DNA of 48,092 nucleotides from a virus. Where the stretch lies: IMG/VR virus record IMGVR_UViG_3300050500_000285, one strand, 5' to 3'. The number at the start of each line of letters is the position of its first letter. Positions within the stretch are counted from its first letter, which is position 1. Made by a program: the position numbers and the translations under genes. Below, piece by piece: positions 1 to 9,405 of this stretch. The notes beneath the pieces are model-generated. The model did not search any database. It was given only the letters and a program-made list of their open reading frames with translations, and was not told where the DNA came from.

Positions 1-127
1 ACTTCCGGCGCACGGGCGGGGGCGCGGAGAACCTGGTCGGGCTGACCAGCGGCCGGCTTTGCAAATTGCAGCTGGGCGTCGGCGATGACCTCGGGGTGCC
101 CATCACGGCGGCCGTGACGACGGGGTT
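1..127. repeat. Terminal direct repeat, copy 1 (identical to 47966..48092)
   Basis: Base-by-base comparison shows that nt 1..127 equal nt 47966..48092 exactly. The repeat lies inside an open reading frame. Confidence 0.97.
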
Positions 128-425
128 TCAGGACCGCGGCACGCTGGCCCGCAAAAAGACGTGGCGCGTCAGGGTATGCCTGCGGCGGGGAACGGGCTCG
201 AGCTCGGGCACGACGGCCGGGCTGCTGCAGTACAGAGACGACCTTGGCCCCTGGAGTGACGGCCTCCCGATAGGGGTAGGGTCCCCAGGGGATTCCAATC
301 CCGTGGTGGAGCTTTCCGGGGTAGGATGGCCCTATCGAAAGCGGCAGTGGCGCTTTGAGTTCAGCCACTCTGCCGACTTTGCGCTGGCGAGCGTGGTTGA
401 GGATTTTGAGGTCTGCGGGACCTGA
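1..425 (+). CDS. 3' part of the wrap-around tail/nozzle-like protein (same gene as 46951..48092)
   Basis: It has the same frame as 46951.. across the terminal overlap, with the stop at 423..425. The internal ATG at 66 in the ORF track is not the real start. Confidence 0.6.
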   Translation, partial: FRRTGGGAENLVGLTSGRLCKLQLGVGDDLGVPITAAVTTGFQDRGTLARKKTWRVRVCLRRGTGSSSGTTAGLLQYRDDLGPWSDGLPIGVGSPGDSNPVVELSGVGWPYRKRQWRFEFSHSADFALASVVEDFEVCGT

Positions 426-435
426 GGAGCGGAGT

Positions 436-876
436 ATGGCGCTGGGAAGCATCATCACCGGGACCATGGCGAATCGCCGGGCCAAGGACGCGCAGAAGGT
501 GGCCGACCGGGCGGCGAAGGACCTGACGCGGCGGATGGACGTCTCGCAGCAGGACATGACCGCCTACCGCCCCGAGGCGGCAGAGGCGCGCATGCGCGCG
601 CTGCGCGCTCGCCTCGGCGTCATGCAGCCGCTCAGCAACATGACGGGCGAGGTCACCGGGAGACCCCAGGCCGAGCTGGCGCCGCTCGGCACGTCGCCGC
701 TGGCGATGCAGCCGCTCCCCTCGCAGCTGAGCACGCTCGGGGCGAATGGGAAGCCGGACGAAACCAAACTGCGGGCGAACGGCATCGACCCCAAGGACCC
801 GAACGCCCAGGCCCTGCTCGAGCAGAAGCTACGCGGCTACGGGTACAACGTGCCGCCGCGTGGAGGGGTGAAGTAG
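436..876 (+). CDS. Hypothetical virion-module protein (146 aa)
   Basis: ATG at 436 is preceded by GAGGAGCGGAG. The track start at 355 overlaps the previous gene and has no RBS. It sits between the nozzle-like gene and the large internal-protein genes. Confidence 0.6.
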   Translation: MALGSIITGTMANRRAKDAQKVADRAAKDLTRRMDVSQQDMTAYRPEAAEARMRALRARLGVMQPLSNMTGEVTGRPQAELAPLGTSPLAMQPLPSQLSTLGANGKPDETKLRANGIDPKDPNAQALLEQKLRGYGYNVPPRGGVK

Positions 877-879
877 GCC

Positions 880-3057
880 ATGGCCGTTACGTCGGTCACC
901 TCTGCTCCCGGCTGGAGCGCGGCAGTGAAAAAGCCGCCGACCGCCAAGGTGTCGTCGGTCACGTCCGCCCCTGGCTGGAGCGCGGCGGCCGGCTCAGTTC
1001 CGGCGGCGGCAGCTCCGGCTCCGCCGTCTTCGTACGTGGGCCCGACCACCTCGACGCCTGCGGCCAGTGCTGCGCCGCGCACGTACCCTTCGAGCTACCA
1101 GGTCACGCCCGGCTACGACATGAGCATCCCCGGCGCGTCTGAGTACGCCTACGGTGCGGTCGCGCCCGCGCTGCAGACGCCGGGCTACGCCGAGGCGTAC
1201 GCCAACCTTCCTGCGTACCAGGCCGCGCAGCAGAGCACGGCGTCGAACCAGCTGTTGAGCTCGTACGGCGCCGGGGTCGCGCAGCCTACGTCGTTCGAGA
1301 ACTGGGCCAACACCACGGCCGCGCCCTCGGGCGGCCTGTACGGCGTGATCGCCGCGAACCAGGGCCAGGTCACCGGCACGAGCGACCTGATGAACTACGC
1401 GCGCAGCGCGGAGCCTGAGACGGGCAACATCCAGCGTGCGATGGCGCAGCAAGGTGCGCTCGTGTCTGGGCCGAGCCAGCTCACCAACTACGCGGCTTCC
1501 GGGCCCGGCATCGGCGCCGCTGCGGGCGCCCTCGGTAACTCCTACGCCGCGGTGACAGACCCCACGCGCATCGGCCAGTACATGCAAGACCCGTCTGCGT
1601 ACCGCCGCGCGGGCAACGAGGGGGAGGCATCCGCCACGGCGGCGAGCACCCAGAACCTGGTCGACGACAACACGCTTGCACGCTACGCGGCGGATCCCAA
1701 CGCGCAGTACCGCAAGGCCACCGGGAACACCGCCGCCGAGCGCGAGATGGCCGCTGCCGGCGAGGCCATGGCCAGCGGCGTCGACAGGACCACTGCGTCT
1801 GGTACCTACTGGGACGAGCTGCAGCGTGACCCTACGGCGCTTCCTGACGCCAACCTGGATGCGTATTACGATCGGCAGCGGCAGAAGGCGCAGCAGGACA
1901 TCGACAAGATGATGGCGGCCCGGGGGCTGTTCGGCAGCTCCGCGAGCTCCGACGCCTCGCGCGAGATGATGCTGGACCTGGCCGGGCAGCAGGTGAAGGC
2001 CGAGTCCGACTACTCGCTTGCCTCTGCGCTGGCGCGCAACGACATCAAGAGGGGCGCCGCGACCGGGGCGGATGAGGCCGGCATTTCGCGGTACGTCTCG
2101 CGCAACGACGCCGCTCGCGGTGTGGATGCCGCGGCGCTTGGGCTGGGCCGGCTCGGGCTCGACGCGCGCTCGCAGAACGATGAAAACACGCTGAAGCGTT
2201 ACATCGCCCAGAACGACGTGGCCCAGGGCATCGACGCTGGCGCTCGCGACCTGTACCTGGGCCGTGGCGACCTGGCCAATCGCTCGGACCTCACCGATGC
2301 CACGCGGTTCTCTGCGTACAACGACGCTGCGCGCGGCGTGGATGCGCTCACGACCGACGCGTACTCCGCGCAGGCTGGCGCGATGGCGGACGCCGGGGCG
2401 CTTGACATCGGCCGCTACAACGCCTCCGTCAACGCCGGCAACATGGCCGACCAGACCGGCGTTGACGTGTACAACTCGCGCGCCAACGCGCTGAACAACG
2501 CCGGCCAGCTCGACGTGAGCCGGTTCAACGCCAACACCGGCGCCACCGGCCAGGCGGACCGGACGTCGCTCGACAGGTACGTCGCTCAGTCGGACACGCT
2601 GAACAACGCTGCCAACACCGGCATCGACCGCTATCGCGCGCTCACTGAGGGCGCCACGGCGGCCGACAACGCGTCGCGCTCGCTATACACCGCGGGCGCC
2701 GACGTGGCGCGTGGCGCCGACCAGTCGCTTACCAGCCGGTACGGTACGCTTCTCGATAGCGCTGGCCAGGCAGACCTGTCGCGCACTGGGCGCACGCAGA
2801 TCGCCAACGACTCGCAGTACAACTACACGTCCATGCTCGATTCGATTTTGAACAGCGGCTACGGCGATCTCATCGGCTCGGATGAGGAGCTGATGAGCCT
2901 TATTACGCAGCTCGGGCTTGGCAGCGGCGCGACCAACCTCCAGGGCGCGCTGAACTACCAGGGCGGCGTGGGCGCGCAGGGAGCGCAGATTCAGCAGATT
3001 GGCGCGCAGGCCGACGCTGCGAACCGGCAGATTTTGACCGGCCTGGCCAGGGGGTAG
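880..3057 (+). CDS. Repeat-rich internal virion/ejection-type protein (725 aa)
   Basis: It starts at ATG 880, 3 nt after the preceding stop. The composition is low-complexity Ala/Gly/Ser/Gln/Asn-rich. It has an N-terminal duplicated peptide and many degenerate RY..ND.A.G.DA repeats. It is the first of three large genes after the tail genes and no tail-tube genes are present. A tape-measure role cannot be excluded. Confidence 0.55.
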   Translation: MAVTSVTSAPGWSAAVKKPPTAKVSSVTSAPGWSAAAGSVPAAAAPAPPSSYVGPTTSTPAASAAPRTYPSSYQVTPGYDMSIPGASEYAYGAVAPALQTPGYAEAYANLPAYQAAQQSTASNQLLSSYGAGVAQPTSFENWANTTAAPSGGLYGVIAANQGQVTGTSDLMNYARSAEPETGNIQRAMAQQGALVSGPSQLTNYAASGPGIGAAAGALGNSYAAVTDPTRIGQYMQDPSAYRRAGNEGEASATAASTQNLVDDNTLARYAADPNAQYRKATGNTAAEREMAAAGEAMASGVDRTTASGTYWDELQRDPTALPDANLDAYYDRQRQKAQQDIDKMMAARGLFGSSASSDASREMMLDLAGQQVKAESDYSLASALARNDIKRGAATGADEAGISRYVSRNDAARGVDAAALGLGRLGLDARSQNDENTLKRYIAQNDVAQGIDAGARDLYLGRGDLANRSDLTDATRFSAYNDAARGVDALTTDAYSAQAGAMADAGALDIGRYNASVNAGNMADQTGVDVYNSRANALNNAGQLDVSRFNANTGATGQADRTSLDRYVAQSDTLNNAANTGIDRYRALTEGATAADNASRSLYTAGADVARGADQSLTSRYGTLLDSAGQADLSRTGRTQIANDSQYNYTSMLDSILNSGYGDLIGSDEELMSLITQLGLGSGATNLQGALNYQGGVGAQGAQIQQIGAQADAANRQILTGLARG

Positions 3058-3060
3058 CGC

Positions 3061-4641
3061 ATGCAAATGTTCGACCCGAGCAAGTACGTTCCCGACCTGA
3101 GCGGCATGGCGCTGCAGGGCAACGAACTCATGCTCAAGTCGGCGATGGGCAACACGCAGAACATGAGCCGCGACTTCGCGGCCATGAACGAGCTCGCCGC
3201 CCAGAAGCGTCGCGACAAGCTGCAGCTGCAGGCGGCGATGGCGCAGCTGGCGGAGCGGCAGGCGACGCGGCAGTCGCTCGAGCGGCGGTTCGGCCAGCGT
3301 ATGGGAATGCAGCAGCAGAAGATGACGCAGGACCAGGGCAACGTCCTGTACGAGCGCGACCAGAAGCAGCGCGCCACCGACGCCGACCTGGTGGCCGGCC
3401 TGGTGGGTCCTGCCAGCTCCGGCAACCTGAACGCGCTCGAGGCGGCACGGGCGCAGGCGATCGCGCGCGACCCGTCGCTGTCGGTACAGCTGCCCGGAGA
3501 ATCCAGGGCCAGCGAGCCAACCGGACCCGGGGAAATGCAGTTCTCCGTCGACGAGGCGTATCCGGAGGACGTGAACAAGCTGCGTGTGATGCGCGGCGAT
3601 CGTCCCGTGTACACGTCGCCCGAGGCGAACGTTATGCGCGGTCGCGAGGCCGCGGTGGCCGACCTGCTTGGCCCGAACTCGGGCCCGTGGTCGGCGCGCG
3701 CCGTGGAAGCTGCTGGTGCCGGCGTGACCGGGGAAAAGGCCGCCGAAATCGCCCGCAACGCCTACGAGAAGGAGGAAGGACGCGACACGGCCGAGCGCGT
3801 GGCCGGCGCGCGAATGGGGCAGCAGCGCGAGCTGGCCGGCAAGCAGCTCGAGCGGGAAGAGCCGTACAAGCTCCACGACCGCGTCGAGAAAATGGCAGCC
3901 GCGTACATGCCGGAGGTGCGCAAGATCGACGAGTCAGACCGCGCGTTCGGGCTGGCGGAGCGCCAGCTTGGCGAGGACGCGAACGCGTTCATGCAGAACA
4001 AGGCGATGGCCGGCATTTTGAAGGCGTACACCGGCGCGGCAGCGACCGACGCGGAGCGCAGGCAGGACGCGCAAGCGGCCGGCAAGTGGAACTACTACGA
4101 CAAGCTCATCGGCACGTGGGTGGACGGCGGAGAGCTGCCACCCGACTTCCGGCAACAGGTGGTGTCGATGGTGCAGGACGCGCGCCACGAAAGCGCGCGC
4201 CAGCGCCACGAGCTCGGCATTCGCGCGCGCGACCACGTCTACGCATCGACCAGCTTGCCCATCGGCTCGGCGCGCGAACTCGCCGACTACGGCAACCAGG
4301 CGTATGCGGCCGTGGTTGGACGCGGGCTTTCGGCCGACCAGCTCGACGTGGAGGCCAAGCGCATCGAGGGCGACTTCTCGAAGCGCCGCGGCGGACGCGG
4401 TTCGCCCGTCACCGGCGGAGTGCCCAGCGAGGGGCTTTCTCCGGACGCATTCATTCCGCCGAACGACATGGGGTCAATGGGCGGGTTCGCGGGCGGTTCC
4501 GGCACGCGCGACGCTCTGCCGGTGACGGGCGATGGACGCAGGCCGCCCCCGATTCCCGCGCAGCCGCAGGCGGCGCCCAGCAAGGACGACGAGCTGGACG
4601 ACATCCTGAAGCAGCTGGAGGACGAGTATGCCAAGCCCTGA
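3061..4641 (+). CDS. Internal virion/ejection-type protein (526 aa)
   Basis: ATG at 3061 lies 3 nt after the stop. The protein is charged and predicted helical, with a Pro-rich C-terminal region. The call rests on position in the gene order. Confidence 0.5.
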   Translation: MQMFDPSKYVPDLSGMALQGNELMLKSAMGNTQNMSRDFAAMNELAAQKRRDKLQLQAAMAQLAERQATRQSLERRFGQRMGMQQQKMTQDQGNVLYERDQKQRATDADLVAGLVGPASSGNLNALEAARAQAIARDPSLSVQLPGESRASEPTGPGEMQFSVDEAYPEDVNKLRVMRGDRPVYTSPEANVMRGREAAVADLLGPNSGPWSARAVEAAGAGVTGEKAAEIARNAYEKEEGRDTAERVAGARMGQQRELAGKQLEREEPYKLHDRVEKMAAAYMPEVRKIDESDRAFGLAERQLGEDANAFMQNKAMAGILKAYTGAAATDAERRQDAQAAGKWNYYDKLIGTWVDGGELPPDFRQQVVSMVQDARHESARQRHELGIRARDHVYASTSLPIGSARELADYGNQAYAAVVGRGLSADQLDVEAKRIEGDFSKRRGGRGSPVTGGVPSEGLSPDAFIPPNDMGSMGGFAGGSGTRDALPVTGDGRRPPPIPAQPQAAPSKDDELDDILKQLEDEYAKP

Positions 4642-6580
4642 GCTCCGCGCGCGCGCTCAGGCGCTGCTCAACGACCCGGGCGTCTCCGAGGAGGCGAAGG
4701 GGCGCGCTCGAGCGCGCCTGGCCGAGCTCGGACTGGATGATGTGGCCGCTCCCCCCGCGGGTGGCCGGATTCGTGACGACTTGCTGCGCATCGAGCCGGG
4801 CGACGCGGGCCCTGCTGGCGACATCCGCGTGGACATCGGCGAGGCCAAGATTCGTGACGACGCTGCGCCCCCTGCAGGCGGGCCTGGCGGTACGGTGGGC
4901 GGCGGCAGCCCCTACGATGACCTGGCGCCCGGCGCGCCGCCTGGGCGCCCCGCTACGGGCATGCCGAGCGAGGAGGCGCCGAGTCCTGGCTCTTCTCGAG
5001 CGGACGACGTCCTGGGCTACCTGCGCTCGGGGCTGCACGGTCTCGACCGCTCGGTGGCCTTCGGCGCCGGAACGGCGCTGGGCGAGATGGTGGACCCTGG
5101 CACCCGAGCGCGCGGCGAGGCCGCGGCGGCGCGCTACCCGGTGGGTGAAATCATCGGCATGGTCGGCGGAGCTCTCGCCCCCACGGGCCTGGCCTCCCGC
5201 GCCGCGCAGCTCGCCGGCAAGGGCGCTGAGGGCGTCATCAAGGGGGCCGGCACGCTGGCCAAGATTGGACGCGGGGCGTTGGCCGGCGCAGGCGGCGCAG
5301 CAATGCAGGACGTCGGCGAGGATGTGGTGGCCGGTCGCCCCGTCGAAGGCGCCGGGCGTGCGGCGCTGGTGGGCGGAGCGCTGGGCGGCGGAGTGAGCGC
5401 GATTCGCTCCGGGGCCACCGGCATTCGCAACATGGTCCGCGACCCGATGGAGCAGCGCGGGCGTGACATCGCGTCTGCCGAGGCAATCGGAGGCGGCACG
5501 CACTGGCTCAAGGGCATGACGAAGGGCCCGGCCTACGAGGCCGCGGAGGAGTCCGCGCGCAAGGCCACCGATGCCGGCGAGGTCATCAGCCCGGCGGGCG
5601 TCGCGCAGGCGCGCGCGGTGCCGGAGCTCGGCAAGGCCGTACAGGGCGACATCAACACGCGCCTGGGGGCCATCGGCGCGGAAAACGCGCAGGTTGGCGA
5701 CGAAATGGTCTCACTGCAGCCCTTGATCGACAAGGGCCTGTCTCGCATGCGTGGGATGATGCGCGACCAGAAAGCGCTTCCGGGAATGAGCGTGCGCGGG
5801 CTGGCGAAGTCGGTGCGCGAGTCCGCCAAAAGCATCGACGTCGTGGACATCACCGACGAGGCCGTGGAGCGCGCCAGCCCGGAGAACCTGCTGATGGCAG
5901 ACGAGGCCGCCGCGATGGGGCTGATCCCCAAGGGCGGCGACATGACCAACAAGGCCGTAATCATCACGCCGCGCTGGACCAACCCTCGTGAGCTCGAGGA
6001 CATCCGGCGCGCGTTCGACAACGCCGGCCGCGTGTCGCCGACCAACATTCGGGCGGCCGGCGAGGTCGCCAACTCGCGCGAGATGGCGGGGGCGGCGCGG
6101 GAGGCGCGCGCGCAGCTGGGGCCAGAGGCCGGCGCGCGCGCGGCGCGGCACGAGCAGTCGCTGGGCGAGATGGAGAACGTCATCAACGCCTCGGGCCTGC
6201 CGCAGGGGACGCGCAAGGTGGATCTTCGCGACCTCGGCACCAAGCGGCAGCTCGCGGGCGCCGTGGGCGCTTACCGCACGGGCGCGAACGAGGGCGCTGG
6301 CGTGGATAAGGTGCTCAACGACCTTGCCGGGCAGGGGCCGCTTCGCCCCGCGCTGGATGAAGCCGCGGGCGTGGCTGCCATCCAGCGTTTGCGCAAGGAA
6401 GGTGCGGTGCCACTGAGCCCGAGCGGCGTCGGCAACTACGGGTTCAAGGATGCCGCCGCGCTTCGCGCGGACGACGTTATGCGGTATCTAGACAACGCGG
6501 TCGGCGCTACGGCCCGACCGGTCGGGCGCGGGCTGATTCCGGCGGCCGGGTCCGCGGCGGCAACCAGGAGACAGCGATGA
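4628..6580 (+). CDS. Internal virion/ejection-type protein (650 aa) with a Gly/Ala-rich hydrophobic central region
   Basis: GGAGG lies 6 nt upstream of ATG 4628, and the gene overlaps the previous one by 14 nt. The central segment GEIIGMVGGALAPTGL...GGALGGGVSAI looks membrane-active. Confidence 0.5.
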   Translation: MPSPELRARAQALLNDPGVSEEAKGRARARLAELGLDDVAAPPAGGRIRDDLLRIEPGDAGPAGDIRVDIGEAKIRDDAAPPAGGPGGTVGGGSPYDDLAPGAPPGRPATGMPSEEAPSPGSSRADDVLGYLRSGLHGLDRSVAFGAGTALGEMVDPGTRARGEAAAARYPVGEIIGMVGGALAPTGLASRAAQLAGKGAEGVIKGAGTLAKIGRGALAGAGGAAMQDVGEDVVAGRPVEGAGRAALVGGALGGGVSAIRSGATGIRNMVRDPMEQRGRDIASAEAIGGGTHWLKGMTKGPAYEAAEESARKATDAGEVISPAGVAQARAVPELGKAVQGDINTRLGAIGAENAQVGDEMVSLQPLIDKGLSRMRGMMRDQKALPGMSVRGLAKSVRESAKSIDVVDITDEAVERASPENLLMADEAAAMGLIPKGGDMTNKAVIITPRWTNPRELEDIRRAFDNAGRVSPTNIRAAGEVANSREMAGAAREARAQLGPEAGARAARHEQSLGEMENVINASGLPQGTRKVDLRDLGTKRQLAGAVGAYRTGANEGAGVDKVLNDLAGQGPLRPALDEAAGVAAIQRLRKEGAVPLSPSGVGNYGFKDAAALRADDVMRYLDNAVGATARPVGRGLIPAAGSAAATRRQR

Positions 6581-6942
6581 CGATGCCAAACACGATCCTA
6601 AAGTACACGGGCGCGACGCCCGGCACCGACAGTAACGCGTACATCCTGTTTTCGACGGTCGACGCGGGGTGCCCGAAGCAGTGGGCCGCGGGGTGGGGGA
6701 AGAACGCCTATCACTACGACATCAAGCACTCACAGTCGCTCACGGTGCGCGGCTACCACAGCAAGGACCGGGGCGTGACCTGGATTCAGTTCTACTCGAC
6801 CGGCGTGCTGACGGCGCCAACGCTCACGAGCAACGACGTGGTGCTCATCGAGGGTTTCGAGGATTTCAAGTTCGACGTGCTCAACGCCGGCTCGGCCCAG
6901 GGCACGTTCGCGGTCAACCAGGATCTCTGCGAGTTCCCGTGA
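6577..6942 (+). CDS. Hypothetical small beta-rich virion protein (121 aa)
   Basis: ATGA start/stop overlap with the upstream gene, and an AGGAGA RBS. Confidence 0.65.
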   Translation: MTMPNTILKYTGATPGTDSNAYILFSTVDAGCPKQWAAGWGKNAYHYDIKHSQSLTVRGYHSKDRGVTWIQFYSTGVLTAPTLTSNDVVLIEGFEDFKFDVLNAGSAQGTFAVNQDLCEFP

Positions 6943-7739
6943 CGCATCGTTTTTCGCGCAGAGCTGGCAGGCGTACTGACGACGGCGCGGACCCGAACCT
7001 CGTCGCTGTTCTGGCCATTCTCGCCGCTCAGCCGCTGTCTGCGTGGTTCGACACTGAATACACAGACGGTGTCACGATAGAGAGCGACGCCGGCACCGAC
7101 CGGATGACAGAGATCGAGTCTCGCCCGATTTCCGGCCAGCTGCAGTATTCGGTGCCACCAGTAGCGCTGTCGGTAGCTCCAGCGCTGGACGTCACCGCCA
7201 ACAACAAGCGCGTACTGTCGTTCACGGGCGGCCGGTACATGGGAGGCCTGTGCTCACTGGCAGCGTCGTTCGCGGGCGTGGCGACGTTCACGGCCGTGTC
7301 GCTGGGAAGCAGGTCTGTGGGCGGCTCGGCGATCATTCGCTGGTCGTTCGGCGACAGCTCGGGCGTAGACAACCGGGTGACCGAGCTGTCCAGCTCGGGA
7401 AACCTGGACAACCGGAACCGCGCCGTGGCAGCGGGAAACACCAGCAACCTTGGCGCTGCTCTGGCCAACGGAGACGTGCGCGTATTCAGCACCACCTACA
7501 ACGCGACATCGTACAGCACCTGGATGGACGGTGTCTTGTCGATCAACGCTGCGGCCAACACACGCTCTCCGACTGCGCTGGATGAGCTGTGGTTCGGCGC
7601 GCAACGCGCGGCGGGCGTAATCACCTCGTTTTGGCGCGGGATGGGCGGCCCGATTGCGATTTGTTCCGGAGTGCTCGGCACTACCGACCGGCAGGCTCTG
7701 GAGTCTTCTTTCGGCGCTTACTACGGGCATCCGCTATGA
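6939..7739 (+). CDS. LamG/concanavalin-A-like lectin-fold tail accessory protein (266 aa)
   Basis: GTGA overlap start at 6939. The track start at 6669 lies inside the previous gene. The sequence pattern is typical of LamG jelly-roll domains (...FTAVSLG...IIRWSFGDSS...VFSTTYNATSYSTWMDG...DELWFGA...). Confidence 0.5.
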   Translation: MTHRFSRRAGRRTDDGADPNLVAVLAILAAQPLSAWFDTEYTDGVTIESDAGTDRMTEIESRPISGQLQYSVPPVALSVAPALDVTANNKRVLSFTGGRYMGGLCSLAASFAGVATFTAVSLGSRSVGGSAIIRWSFGDSSGVDNRVTELSSSGNLDNRNRAVAAGNTSNLGAALANGDVRVFSTTYNATSYSTWMDGVLSINAAANTRSPTALDELWFGAQRAAGVITSFWRGMGGPIAICSGVLGTTDRQALESSFGAYYGHPL

Positions 7740-8029
7740 CAAAGTATCGAATCGTGACCGCAGCAGCCGCTCCCGGACTGATGACAGCGCTCGACACCTT
7801 GGCCAGGTCCGAGCGAATACGCGCCGGGCTCATCGGGTCACGGATAGGCCTGCGATCGCCGTCAACGTGGAACGGGACGGGCGCCATTCCGCCAGGATGG
7901 ACGCTGCCCTACGCGGCGATATTCGAGGCCGGCGGCGGGCGCGTGGCGCTGGTCGGAACGGAGGCCTTCGCCTCCGGCAAAGGGCAGTTCACGGGAGCCG
8001 TTGACGAGCTGCCCGCAGATTGGAGCTGA
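7736..8029 (+). CDS. Hypothetical protein (97 aa)
   Basis: ATGA overlap start at 7736. The earlier track start at 7589 overlaps the previous gene. Confidence 0.6.
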   Translation: MTKYRIVTAAAAPGLMTALDTLARSERIRAGLIGSRIGLRSPSTWNGTGAIPPGWTLPYAAIFEAGGGRVALVGTEAFASGKGQFTGAVDELPADWS

Positions 8030-8508
8030 TGATGAGACGCTGTTTGTTGCTTCTGGTTCTGTTCTCCATGGCGTGCACGGCCGACCCAGCGCCGGATGGA
8101 CCCGTGATCACACGCTCGTGCAAGCGCTCGTTCTCGACCACGTTAGACGCGTGGCGCGCGAAGCTGGGTGACGTGCCGGAAGACTGCGAGCTCCTGGACC
8201 AGACCGTAGACCTGCAGGTGACCGACATCTCTCACACGCCATGCACCGAGCCGGTGGGCGTCAACGAGGTGCGCCGCGAGTGCACGCAGCCAGGCGTCAT
8301 CTATCTCAACCAGGAACTGGACGACTTCGAGCTCGTGGAGGCGGCCATCCACGGCTGGGTCCATGAGATTGCTGATTGCGCTGACGGTGCCCTGGACACG
8401 GACCACCTACGATCCGAGCTGTGGGAGATATACGGCGTCCCCGGGGGTGGCGCCGGCAGCGTCGAGGTTGACGCGCTTGCGCGGGCGGAATACGGAGAGT
8501 GCTTATGA
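8029..8508 (+). CDS. Putative secreted lipoprotein, Cys-rich (159 aa)
   Basis: The N-terminus is MMRRCLLLLVLFSMAC: a basic n-region, a hydrophobic core and a lipobox-like SMAC. The start overlaps the previous stop as TGATG, with GGAG just upstream. Confidence 0.55.
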   Translation: MMRRCLLLLVLFSMACTADPAPDGPVITRSCKRSFSTTLDAWRAKLGDVPEDCELLDQTVDLQVTDISHTPCTEPVGVNEVRRECTQPGVIYLNQELDDFELVEAAIHGWVHEIADCADGALDTDHLRSELWEIYGVPGGGAGSVEVDALARAEYGECL

Positions 8509-8855
8509 AGTGGTTTGAAGGCATTACGGTCCGCAGCGTCCTGTTCGGCATTGGCGCTATCGGCGCGGCGGCCGAGGCGCTGAACATCGCACAGCGCGAC
8601 AACATCCAGATTACGCCCGCGCATGTCATCTCGCTCGTGTGCACGGCCCTCGTTGCATACGCGATGAAGTGGCCGACCGACGTCACCAAGGCAGAGTCTC
8701 AGAGGCGCGAGGCGCGCGCGCGTCGCGAGAGCATCATGCCGCCTCCCGGCGACGACCCGGCGCGCCAGATCATCGACGGCCTGGGGATCGATCATCCTGG
8801 TGTTAGGCCGGCGACCGACGAGCAGCGGGAGCGTAAGCTTCGGGGGCCCTCATGA
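8505..8855 (+). CDS. Two-TM membrane protein, holin-like (116 aa)
   Basis: ATGA overlap with a GGAGAG RBS. There are two hydrophobic segments (VRSVLFGIGAIGAAAEALNI and VISLVCTALVAYAMKW) followed by a highly charged C-terminal tail, which is a class II holin-like layout. Confidence 0.4.
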   Translation: MKWFEGITVRSVLFGIGAIGAAAEALNIAQRDNIQITPAHVISLVCTALVAYAMKWPTDVTKAESQRREARARRESIMPPPGDDPARQIIDGLGIDHPGVRPATDEQRERKLRGPS

Positions 8856-9106
8856 ACCGCGACGACTTCAAGCAGCACGCCCGCGCCGCGATCGTGAGCC
8901 AGGCACCATCGCTCGCGGCTGGCGTCGTCGAAAAGCTGGTCGAATCGCCTGCCGCGCAGCGCTGGTTCGACAGCATCGAGCGCAAGCGCCCCCGCGGCAT
9001 CGTCGCAATCGTCCGCCGACTGCGCGGCAAGCAGCGCGGACTCACCGAAGAGCAAAGCGCCGAGCTAGAAAGGCTTGTCGCGAAGACGATTGAGAAGTAC
9101 CGGTAA
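8852..9106 (+). CDS. Hypothetical protein (84 aa)
   Basis: ATGA overlap start. The frame has high third-position GC. Confidence 0.6.
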   Translation: MNRDDFKQHARAAIVSQAPSLAAGVVEKLVESPAAQRWFDSIERKRPRGIVAIVRRLRGKQRGLTEEQSAELERLVAKTIEKYR

Positions 9107-9123
9107 CAACGAAGGAGCGAGCC

Positions 9124-9369
9124 ATGTCAGTACGAGCAAAGTTCAAGGTCGACAGCATCGAACGCGTGAAGTGGAGCGACGGCAGGGAGGTGCAGACGGT
9201 GAAGCTGTCTGCCGTCTACCAGGGCAGCGGCCCCGAGAGCGAGAACTCCAGGTTTTGGGCCGCTACGCCGGGCGGAAGCATCCAGTTGACGTGCGTCAAG
9301 CCCGAGGCCGTCGCTCAGTTCGAGCTCGGCTCGGAGATGTACGTCGACTTCACGCCCGCCCCGAAGTGA
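9124..9369 (+). CDS. Hypothetical small beta-rich protein (81 aa)
   Basis: GAAGGAG RBS upstream of ATG 9124. It resembles a recurrent small phage protein family (KF.V.S...EN..F...TPGG...Y.DF) whose function I do not know. Confidence 0.65.
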   Translation: MSVRAKFKVDSIERVKWSDGREVQTVKLSAVYQGSGPESENSRFWAATPGGSIQLTCVKPEAVAQFELGSEMYVDFTPAPK

Positions 9370-9405
9370 ACTATTAGGCCCCGGCGCGGTTTTTAGGAGG
9401 CAACG

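Noticed and set aside
1-127. The terminal repeat considered as a biological T7-like direct terminal repeat.
   Set aside because: The repeat lies inside a continuous, in-phase ORF for a structural protein. An assembly overlap of a circular or permuted genome is the simpler explanation. Read-level data would be needed to decide.
2683-5503. Several long minus-strand and alternative-frame ORFs over the internal-virion genes, for example 2683..3876-, 3687..5396+ and 4451..5503-.
   Set aside because: They have Arg/Ala/Gly/Pro-rich low-complexity translations, overlap one another, and are inconsistent with the tightly coupled plus-strand gene chain. I treat them as GC-driven shadow ORFs.
8335-8365. 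HGWVHE in the lipoprotein considered as a zinc-metalloprotease motif.
   Set aside because: It matches neither HExxH nor HxxEH spacing, and I could identify no third ligand region.
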